From a candidate division WOR-3 bacterium (lineage in GTDB: Bacteria; Hydrothermota; UBA3072): DNA of 64,000 bases. This document shows, piece after piece, positions 1-10,500 of this stretch. The notes beneath the pieces were generated by a model, which worked only from the letters and a program-made list of their open reading frames with translations, did no database searches and was not told the origin of the DNA. The position numbers and the translations under genes were made by a program. Each line of letters begins with the position of its first letter. Positions within the stretch are counted from its first letter, which is position 1. Location of the stretch: positions 448 to 64,447 of the forward strand of contig JBDRZZ010000008.1 in assembly GCA_039804165.1 (NCBI GenBank), given 5' to 3'.

Positions 1-111
1 AAATAAAGCAGGGACAGGGGATGCTCTTTTAAATGAGAGGGCTTCTTCCAATTATGTGGTAAATTTGGAATTGGGCGAAAGAGAAAATTCAGATGAAAGG
101 GATAATAATAG

Positions 112-139
112 TTGACAAGCAGATAGAATTTCATAAAAT
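112..139 (+). promoter_or_regulatory. sigma70-like promoter candidate for the first operon
   Basis: TTGACA at 112-117 and TAAAAT at 134-139 with a 16-nt spacer. Downstream lie a heptamer repeat, AGGAGG at 186-191 and the ATG at 197. Confidence 0.45.
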
Positions 140-145
140 AATAAT

Positions 146-180
146 CAGCCTACAGCCGACGGCTTACAGCTTACGGCATA
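146..180 (+). repeat. Five tandem heptamers: CAGCCTA CAGCCGA CGGCTTA CAGCTTA CGGCATA
   Basis: Read directly from the sequence. It is a GC-rich block in an AT-rich leader. It shares the core GCTTACAGCT..CGGCA with 8684-8711. Confidence 0.8.
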
Positions 181-196
181 ACAAAAGGAGGAATAG

Positions 197-1582
197 ATGT
201 TTAAAAAAGTTTTTATTCTCGTAACTGTTTATGTATTCTTAGTTGGAATGGTTACGCGAAAGGAACTGGAAAGCGTAAAAGAGAAAGTAGATTCTCCAGC
301 AACTGAATCTACCGCAACTTCTGAAACGTCTCAGATAAAATTAACTACTGTTTATGAGAAGACCTTTGATGAGGAGATAGTGGATGTGATATTTGATACT
401 GCGACGGTGACGGTGGCAGAGGCGATTAATATGGGATGGAAGGAGTCAGAATTTGAAGGGGTGGAAAAAACGAGAGGAAAGGCTAAAATCACTTATCCGA
501 AGGTAGTTTTTTACGGAAAGGAAGAGTGGAGACGAACGAGAGCTATTGAGGGATATATAATTGCTTCAAAGATTGTTTTTTATGATAAGGATGGGAAAGT
601 GAAAAGGGAATTACGACTTGGCGGAGAAAGTGATTATTATATAAATGTATCTCCGAATGAAAAATATATTGGAGTCTCGAAACAATTCCAGAAAGAAGGG
701 GAGAAGGGTAAAGCAGCTATGTTGTTCGATTCTGAAGGTAATGAATTGCTGTCTTTTGAAAAGGGACAGATAGTCTCTCCGATATCGGATATGGGGTTTG
801 TAAAATATACCCCTACTTCATGGGATTACGATGGTTTTCTTATACCTATTTGTATTTATGATTTGAATAAAAGAAAAGTTGTTGATTATGAGACTCTAAA
901 TCCCGAAATTCCCAATGCAGAGGTAGGAGGTGATGTTTTTCTGGAAGAAGGAAAATATATCTTTTCCTGGGTTTCTGGAGTGAAGAAAAGTGTTGGGAAA
1001 TTGATAGATGTTCAAGCAGGTAAAATTCTCTGGAAGAAGGAGTATGATTTTGAAATAACTGGGGATTGGAGAACTGTTGCAGGAAAAGAAGATCTAGAGT
1101 TGTTTTGTATGTGTCGTAAGGAGGATTATGTTTACGATATAGTAGCTCTTCATTGGAATACAGGAGAGGTTTTGTGGTCGTCGAGATTAGGCGCTCCTTT
1201 CTCTAATATTCTGATTGACGAGTATAATAATATTTACATTGCTGGATTTGGTTATATAAATTCTTTTACTCCTAAGGGCAAAATGCGGTGGTATTATGAA
1301 GAACAGGAAAAACCAGTGAAGCAATTTTATCCCTATAGAGGTACACAATTGACCTATTATATCACGCTAAAACTTTCAGGAGATCAAATCTTAAGTAGAG
1401 GTATAATTCCCGAGATGATAAAAGGTGTCTGGAATTGGAAATCATCGGAGATTTTAAGTCTCTCGAAGAAAGATGGGAAAGTAATCAAAAAAGAGAGATT
1501 TACGGGAAAAGTGATGATGAGTTCTAAAGGTGGAAAGTTGGGTATAGTTACCAATGATAAAGTGATAAAAATCTTAAAGTGA
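197..1582 (+). CDS. Hypothetical membrane-anchored or exported protein with possible beta-propeller (PQQ/BamB-like) repeats
   Basis: 461-aa ORF with a strong SD (AGGAGG 6 nt upstream) and an N-terminal hydrophobic segment 'VFILVTVYVFLVGMV'. Repeated motifs such as 'GEVLWSSRLG' and 'NNIYIAGFGYINSFTPKGKMRW' are present. The stop overlaps the start region of the next ORF. Confidence 0.6.
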   Translation: MFKKVFILVTVYVFLVGMVTRKELESVKEKVDSPATESTATSETSQIKLTTVYEKTFDEEIVDVIFDTATVTVAEAINMGWKESEFEGVEKTRGKAKITYPKVVFYGKEEWRRTRAIEGYIIASKIVFYDKDGKVKRELRLGGESDYYINVSPNEKYIGVSKQFQKEGEKGKAAMLFDSEGNELLSFEKGQIVSPISDMGFVKYTPTSWDYDGFLIPICIYDLNKRKVVDYETLNPEIPNAEVGGDVFLEEGKYIFSWVSGVKKSVGKLIDVQAGKILWKKEYDFEITGDWRTVAGKEDLELFCMCRKEDYVYDIVALHWNTGEVLWSSRLGAPFSNILIDEYNNIYIAGFGYINSFTPKGKMRWYYEEQEKPVKQFYPYRGTQLTYYITLKLSGDQILSRGIIPEMIKGVWNWKSSEILSLSKKDGKVIKKERFTGKVMMSSKGGKLGIVTNDKVIKILK

Positions 1583-1596
1583 TGGAGGGTGGGAAT

Positions 1597-4500
1597 ATGA
1601 AAAACAAGATATTTTTGATGTTATTTATTATTGCTGGAAGTCTGTATTCCTATCCCTGGCCAATAAGACCTTTTAATCAAGTCCACAATGTAATCGCAAC
1701 ATTGGGGGATTACAGAAAAGGTATAACAGAAGACCCTCATTATCCAAGGTTCCACAATGGTGCAGATATACAAGCTTCCGAAAATACTGATATCTTTTCA
1801 ATTGAAAGTGGAGAGTGTAAATGGAGTGGTACAAAGGAAAATGAGGGAGTGAGAGTAAGTGATTATGCCTATATTCATCTAAAAAATAGGTATCCAAAAG
1901 GGCTACCAGTGGTTGGTATCGCAGATACTTCCACGACAGATGAAGACCCGAATAATGACCATCCCACCAAGATTGGAGAGACGAATGATCTTAATCATCT
2001 CCATTTTGCGGAAGGACCTGCAGGTGGTCCATATCAAAATCCTTTGCGAGAAGATGAAGGTCTTGATGGGTATTCGGATAATAATTTGCCTGTTGTTTTG
2101 AAACCTGCTTTTTTCCCCTGGGGGATTGAACTACAAAGAGAACGCATAGAGCGTTCTCCTGATGCTTTATGGGGTAAAGTTGAAATAAGAGCAAAGATGC
2201 GGGATATTACGAATTGTGGAGATAATTCTGGAGTCTATATGTTCGCATACAGTGTTGTTAAAAAGCAGGGTTCTGTTGTTCATAGTGAAATATCAGGAAT
2301 TTTTGACCAGGTAACTCCTCCAAATGATGGTAATCCGGTTCCACATATCTATGATACGACACTCAGCAGACACGCTCAATCAGTGACATTTCACTACTGG
2401 CTTACTAATCCCATAATAGACCATCAGGTTAATAATCGTTACTGGAATACAAAATTAAAACAAGGGCAAGCATGGAATGGAAGTGAGGCATTGATTGACA
2501 GGGAAGCAGCATACAAGGATGGATGGTATCGAGTATGGGCGTTGGGATACGATATTAGGCTGAATGGAGGTGATACCCTAAATCGCAAAGGTGCTGATTT
2601 TACAGATGTTCTTCTTGATAATTTCGTTCCTTATGTTTATGCTGTTATGGTTACAAGGAAGGGAGAGTTGGTTTACAATGCAATGTGGCTACTTAATGAT
2701 ACTCAGGATGGTCTTGTCCTTGATAAAAGGAATGATGAGAATGTTTCTCCAGGTGATAGACTGACATTTAAGATATATTTTTCGGAGGAAATGGATACCC
2801 ACCTGAATGCCATAAAAGTGACACTCAAAAAATCTTCCAATGAACTGGATATTGATGATGGTGCAAGATGGATTGATAAGAAGACATGGGAAGGTTCTGT
2901 AACTATCCCTAAGGATTTTGGAAAAGGGAAGGCGGTTATAAATATCTCCTGTAGGGATCTTGCAGGACACTTATTAGACAAACACCCTGGGACTATTGCT
3001 ACCCGTGATGGGAATGGCAACTGGCAAAGATACGAAGAAGGAATAGATGTGAATCATAAATTGTATATAGGAGAAGCACCAATTGTGACTAATACCGACC
3101 CATCCGATAATGCAACTGATGTTCCGATTGATAAGAACATCACTATTGTGTTTTCTAAGAGGATGGACTCAATTGCAACAGAGAGAGCAGTTTTGGTTGT
3201 TTCGGAGGATGGAAGTGATTCTGTGGATTTTACTCCTTTCTGGAGTAAGAACTATGATACCCTTGAGCTTAGACTTAGAGATGAACTTAAATATTGTATA
3301 AGATATATAGGAACAGTTTCCGATACAGCAATCAGTAAGGAGGATAGTATTCAACTTGATGGAGATGAGGACGGACTCCCCGGGGGAAATTACGAATTTA
3401 CATTTATGACTGAAGAACCCGAGGTTTTGGTGTTTAAGGATTCAATGGTAGCGCATTTAAGAGACGGGGAGAGTGTGAATTCTAAAGTGATTACAGCGGG
3501 ATGGAAGTTAAAAGACACTGTAGAGTGCGAAATTCAATTTTTTGTGAATAATCCTGGAGGGTGGTCGGTAATTAATGCTAATAATGAAGGATTTTTATTA
3601 CCTCCTAAAAATATTCATAAAAATTCTTATACTGTTTTGAATAATAATGGAAAGAGACCTCTGAATGTCCTTTATGATATCAGAATAGAATGTGTAAATG
3701 AGAGTGGGGAGGGCTACTATTGGACTTCCGAAAGTCATGAGTATGATCATTCGGATGAGAACCAGTCCCCAGGTGTCACAGAATACCCAACTCCATGGAT
3801 AATTAGCACATCTACAAGCGGGGCTACACTTGGTGGAGGCACAGGGGCTTCACCTTCAGGTCTCCCGGATATCGGCATCCTCCTTTCAGGTTGGGCTGAT
3901 GGATATGGACATATTTTGGGGAGGTATGGGATTTCGACATTACCTGTTAAACCAGATTTAAAAATTATTAATCATCCTGAAATTGATATTAAGGATTCTG
4001 TGAAACTATTGGTTATCGGTTCTGCTGGACTTGCAGGGCTCAATACACCAACATTTAAACAGAAATTGGAAGAATATGTTAGAAATGGTGGAAATTTACT
4101 TGTGTTTACTCCACGCTATGGCTCGGAATTAGAGGTATTGCCCGGGAATGTTGGAGGATATGGATGGAATGAGGATCAGTCATGTTTTTGGAGGGGAGCG
4201 TATTTAAATAAGTGGCATCCAATTTTCGCTGGGCAGAAAAGTCCAGTTATGGATTGTAATATTGATGGATATTTTTACGAAGTTCCAGAAAATTCAGAGT
4301 TTCTTCTTTGTAGAGTGAGGAATGCTCTGCCTGCGCTTTTTACATATAAATATGGAGCTGGAACTATAATTCTTTCTTCCTTGTATTCTGATTGGAGTTA
4401 TGGGCATAATCAATGTTCGCAAGGGGAGTTAAATTTACTCCGAGATTTGACAACCTGGGCGGTTAATCCTGATATGGAAATTCCAGAGTTTTATAAAGAT

Positions 4501-7500
4501 TCAGCGGTAGCTGTTCCTGTATCAATTAAATATACTGCAAATGATACTGTAAGGGCAAGAGCTGCAATAATTAAGGTTTATACTCCTGATAGAGTTTTGT
4601 ATGATTCTATAGTTATTCCTATTTCTCTTGAAAGAGGAGAGGAGACAGAATGGACGTGGAGTAAATCCTCTATTCCAGAGAATCTTGGTTTATGGGTAAT
4701 TGATTATGCATTAAAGGATGAAAATGGGAACTGGATTCAAGGATATAATCGTGGGGCAGTTTTTGCTCAGAAGATAGATATTCCTATAGGTAGTATTTAC
4801 ACTTCTAGAATTTTTGAGATGGAGGTTATTTCTGATAAGAGAGAAGTTCTCATTGGAGATACCGTGAACTTTCAAATAAAAATAAAAAATAAAGGAGAAT
4901 ATCCATTTCCAGGTAAGCTCATAATAGGTGTAGATGAAGTTGAGGGAGGGTGGAAAGTTATTGATTCAATTCTTGGCGTAACGATTCCTTCTGATTCAGA
5001 AATTATAGTTGAATATACGCGTTCTTTTTATATTAGTTCTGATGTTTACTTTGGATTGTATCAAAATCAGCAGGTCTTTTTTAGTAGATTTTTTAGGAAT
5101 ACTGCACTTCGTCGTTCGAAAAGTGTAGGTGTAATTTCTAAGCCCTTTAGTTTATTTATTTATACTGATAAATCTAATTATGTTCTTGGAGTTGATTCGG
5201 TGAATTATAAGATTGAAGTGGAAAATAGGCTACCTAAGGCTTCTTACCCTTTTGTTAATCTTTATATTCTCCAAGATTATTTTAAACATATTATCTGGAG
5301 CGATACTCTGGAGCTTTTGGCAAAAGAGAAGAAGGAAATAAAAGGTGCTTTTTCCCTTTTGGATTTTGATATAATAGAGGGGAAAAAGAAATTATGTTGT
5401 GAGTTATTTTTTAGAGATAGTTTATGGAATTTTGCAAGTAGGAGTTTTGAGGTGACCTATCCTCAAGTTAAATGTTCATTTATTCTTCCTGATTCTTTTC
5501 AATATGGAGGGTCTAATCTTTTTTCTGTGAGGTTGTCTGCTTCAGGGTGGTTACCACCCGGAAAACTTTTGGTGAGAGGGGTGAGTTTTTCGGATTCAAT
5601 AATATATTTAGATTCAATAATGATTGAGAATACGATAGATACAGATACAACATTGATTTTCAATTACCAACCGGAGTTATGGTCCACAAGGAGTGCGTTA
5701 AAAGCTCAATACAGATATATTAACAGATATATTAAACGAACAGCATTTTTGGAGTTCTACCCACCAATTGTTTCGAGTTTTAGACCTGTTTATTCTGATT
5801 ACCAAGAGGGTTTTATACCTGAAGATACCGCGGTGTTTAAGGCTTGGGTTTCTCTTAAGGGGGATTTATACGGAGTGCCACTGGAATTTTCCTTATGGAG
5901 CGATTATCTTGGGAAAGATACCTTAAGAGACACCATCATTTTGAATCCGACAACCGGGAGGACAATCACTTTGAAGGACTTTGTGGGTTTGGAAATCCCT
6001 GCAGATACAATGATTCCCTATAGTTACAGATGGAAATATCTCGATAGGAAGGGGGAATCTATCGGCAAGCTTCAGTATTTTGTGCAATCACCTGAAGCGG
6101 TTCTACACTGGCCTTTGAATGATACTTTTTCGATTGGTGCGAGTATCCCGATTACATTTACAAACAGTATAAAATCTCCTTCGAGGGTGGACATTAAGTC
6201 TGTTTCCCTTTATGGTGGTGATGCGGTTGGCAATATTGTAGAAAATTTTGATGGTCCCGGGGTGGTGGAAATTCCAGGAGAGGGTTCTTACACTTTCAAC
6301 ATCACGGTCCCCCAGTGGAAAAGTGGTCAATATTACCTATCGGTAGAGGCAAGTATTGTAGAGGGCAGGGGCGTTAATTTGAATTCATATCCTTATGGTT
6401 GTCCGATATATATTGATGGTCTTACTGCGAATATTCAGGTCTCGACTTCCAAGAAGTATTATGGTCAGGGTGATGAGATTCCATTTTCTTCTGTGCTTGA
6501 GAACGGAGGATATGGATGGAATGGTGCGGAGACTTTGAAAGTGGCGAGGATGAAAGATACTTTAGAGAGTTTTTCGATATGGGATTTAACGGACACAGGT
6601 AGTGTTGAGACCTTTGGGCTTATACCGGATAGTAGCGGAGGGTATATTCTTGCTCCAGAGTATACATTGGAATGTGTTGCCAATCTTCCATATATGCCGG
6701 CTGAAGATTCGTTTTTAGTTGTTGCACTTGCTGTGGACGAATACGATAATTTATGGGTGATGTCCGCAAGTTGTAACGGTAATAAAATATTTTTGAGAAA
6801 ATGGGATAGACCTTTTGGCAATCTCCTTGCCGAATTTTCAGTTTCGATTCCAATGATAGGATGGAATATTGATATGGAGGTGCATCAAGGCGTGATATAT
6901 ATCTCATCTCCTTCTAGTGGTGTAGTATACAGGTTAAATGCAAATTCAGGAGAGATTATTGGATATATTCACCCTCCCGGAGGTGGATTTTTTATGGCAA
7001 TCGGTGGTATCGAAGTTAAAGATAATGGTAACATTCTTGTTTTAGATAAATGGACTAGAATCCTCTGGGAATTTTCAAGTTCAGGAGATAGTATTTCCAC
7101 CTTTGTTTTGCCGGTAGAATTTGAGGATCCATATGGGTATGGATTCGGGTTAGAGTATAAAGACGGAGTAATCTATCTTGCTGATAGAAAAAAAATTATA
7201 ACTATCGAAGGGACATCAGTTGATTCGTTTGGATTAGCAAATTATGCAAATTATATGCGTATTTCTCTATCTGATAATGGAAAACTTGCAGCTACTTTAT
7301 GTGGCGAAGGATGTGGTTTAAATATTTTTTCTCCCCAGAGAGAGTTCGAAGTAGGAGGGGGAGTTTTTGTGCAAGATTTTTGTGGAGATATAACTTTTTA
7401 CAAAAATTATATTGTTAGAGAAGAAACGGACGAGGAGCATGTAGTAGTTAATGATACAATAGTAAATATTATTTATTATAACAATCTTTACCTCTACAGA

Positions 7501-10500
7501 GAATTTGGTAAAGATAATGGAATGCTTAAGGTTTCGGAGTTTCCTGACGCACCTTGGAAATATAAATTTCATAACTACAGGAATATAGATATTCCTAACT
7601 CTGGTTCCATTTCCTATCAGGTTTTAGACCAGAATGCAACATATCCGAGTGATGATAATCTTCTACCTCTTTCGAGTATGATTGGTTCAGATTGTCTTTT
7701 ACCTATTTATATAACTATGGAGGGCAATTACGAGAATTCACCTGTTTTCTATGATTTACTCTTGAATTTGAAAACTTTTGTTTCTGATTCGGTTATTGTG
7801 AAAAATACCTATCCTTTAAGTCTCTCGCCTTATGAGAGTGTTTCATTTGCTGATACGATAAGAGATACTGTTCCTCCTGGAGATTATATTGTATCTGGAG
7901 ATGCTTATTCTAATTATCCTCAGCACATTACTTCCGATTGGAAATCATTCACAGTTATTGGAGATAATGTTGCTTTACTTTTGAATTCTAATAAGGAAGA
8001 AGGTTTTGTTGGAGAGGAGTTCAGAATTAATCCTCTTACGATAAATCCACTTCCAGAGATAAAAGAGCCTTTACATTTAATCGTAAAAGGATATTTTGGA
8101 AGCCTTGATACAACTTATCTTGATACGACTTTTATGCTTAACCCACAGTCCTTAGATTCATTCCCATTTGTGATTAGGCCGCAGGAACCTATAGTTATTC
8201 GGGCGGAACTTGCTCTTCCTTCTGGTGATACGCTTAGAAGGGAATTTATCCCTGTTGTGAAGAATACAAGACTTTTGTCTTTGCAGATTTTTGCTCCTGA
8301 TGTTGTTGATTTATCACCTTTTACTGCCAAAACAGAAATTTACAATTATTCCTTTAGTCCTCTTTCTTTAGAGGTTAAAAGGATATTTGGTGCTGATACT
8401 TTAATTAATTCATTAACTCTTGGGCCCAAAGAGACTTATACTTTTGTTGATTCTTTCTCTACGGTGAGGTCTGATACTTTAAAGGTTATTGCGATAACTG
8501 GAGGAGAGAGTTTCACAAAGAAGAAATTCATTGATTGTGGAATAAAGGGTATAGTTCTTCTTGATTCTCTATTTGAGGTTTCTCCGGATTCTGTGAGGAT
8601 GAACGGGATTGTGAGAAATGAGGGTTTGTATCCTTTAAGCGGGAAGGTGCTTTTCTGTCTAATTGAAAGAACAAAAGGGCTTATAGCTCACAGCTTACAG
8701 CTCTCGGCAACAGGGTTCTCAGCCGAGAGACAACAGGTGAGGGCTGAGCCTTTCCCCACCACTCTATCAGCTCAACAGGTTGCGATTTCTTCGGTTGCAC
8801 GAGTTGGGAAGGATTTGAGTCTCTCTGCGTTTATAAGCCAGCTCCAGAGAGCAGGTGTGGATACTTCTCTAACCACGATTTACTTACCTATGGGTAAAAG
8901 TGATACAGTTCCAATTGCTTTTAATAGACACAACCCAGGAAATTACGAATTGCTTGGTTTTCTCTTTGCGGAAACGACGCCGGAGAAATCTGTGATGTTG
9001 GATTCAAGTTCCTCAATTGTTAATATTGTTGGTAATAATCAAGTTTTTGTTGATTCTATCTTCGTTTCTCCAACCTGTGATTCAACTGGTTCTGTGCTAT
9101 TATGGGTTACTTTAAGTAATCGTTCTTATGCTCCATTTTCTGGGAATCTTATTGTAAGTTCTCCAATATGTTATTTTGATTCTCTTATTACTCTACCTAT
9201 AAAGATGCAAGATACCATTGTATTTTTCTTAAAAGAGCCAATTGATGAAGGAAGATATTACTTTACTGGGGCTCTATTAGAAGGGGGATTTTCTGTTAAT
9301 TTAAAATCGCAAGTTCTTGAATTTCATCCGATATATCACTTTGATTCTTTACCTAATTTAGAGTTCTCTGTTCCTGATTCCGGGATGGTTGAGATTTCTA
9401 TTAGTAATATTGGTAATGGGAAAGGAGAAAGAACTGTTGCAGTTAATTTTGTAGATGTTTTAAACATAAATAGAGATGCGGAGATTAAACCGGGTTCTTC
9501 TGAGAAGTTTTCTGGGAGTTTCTATATTCCTGAAGATTTCCCTGGAGGAAAATACTGGGCGAGTGCTGAAATTTTGAAGAACTCCTATCCCGAAGTAGAC
9601 ACTTTATTCCCTGTTCAAGTAAATGGCATCCGAATTGAAGCAAGAGATTCTCTTGATAAGCCTGTTTATTCTCCAGAGGATACCGCAAAACTTTCTATAA
9701 TTGTCAAAAATAACTCTCTATTTAGCGGAGAACTTCTTTCAATTGTTAGATATGGAGAACTTGAGCTTGATACAACTTTTATCCTTGGGGGGATGGAAAA
9801 AGGAGTTCTAAATAAAACGAATAGGGACACTCTATATCTTGATGCCTCTGGCGTTTACTTAACTGACCCGATTGAACTTATCGGTTATGACAGTGTGACA
9901 ATAACAAGGGATGGTTCAGACTCTCTCGTTGTTCAAATACGAACAGACTCGCTAATAGGAAAAGGAATATGGACAACTATTACAGATAGCATAACTTATC
10001 CCATTTCGAAGTGGTTGCAATTGAAAATTGAGAATAGGGAAGAAGAAACTCTATTTTTAAACTCTATAAATCTTGATTTTAAGCCTTCCGGTTCTTTAAT
10101 TCTGGATTCATTCCCATCCACAAGAAAAGTCCTTAGTTTTAATTTACCTGTTAACCGGAATGAGAAGAAACTTGGATGGGGGATTTACAATCCTTCTGGA
10201 AGGTCTCTTGTTCTTGATGAGAGGTATGTGTATATTGCAGATTCACTTCTTACGATATACACGGATAAAAGTAGATACGAGATGCTTGACACTGTTCGGG
10301 CAACTCTTATAAAACACTTCGCAGATACTTCTTACCTCTTTAATTATCGTGTTTACTTCTCACCAAAAGAGGAAATAAAAGATAGTTTCAAACTCAGAGA
10401 TGATACAATGAGGTTTGAGTTTGTGATTCCAAATTGGACTCGGTCGGGGACATATACGATTGATTATCTGGTTTATAAGAATGGGCTCAAAGCTCAGAGC

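Noticed and set aside
2-115. Possible 3' end of an upstream plus-strand gene (frame open from nt 2 to the TGA at 113-115, '...NKAGTGDALLNERASSNYVVNLELGERENSDERDNNS').
   Set aside because: Only 37 codons are visible and I recognise no motif. An open frame of this length is unremarkable, so I did not report it as a feature.
146-180. Is the tandem heptamer array a CRISPR array or other spacer-repeat array?
   Set aside because: The units are 7 nt and directly abutting, with no spacers, and there are no cas genes. I found no CRISPR-like periodicity anywhere in the window.
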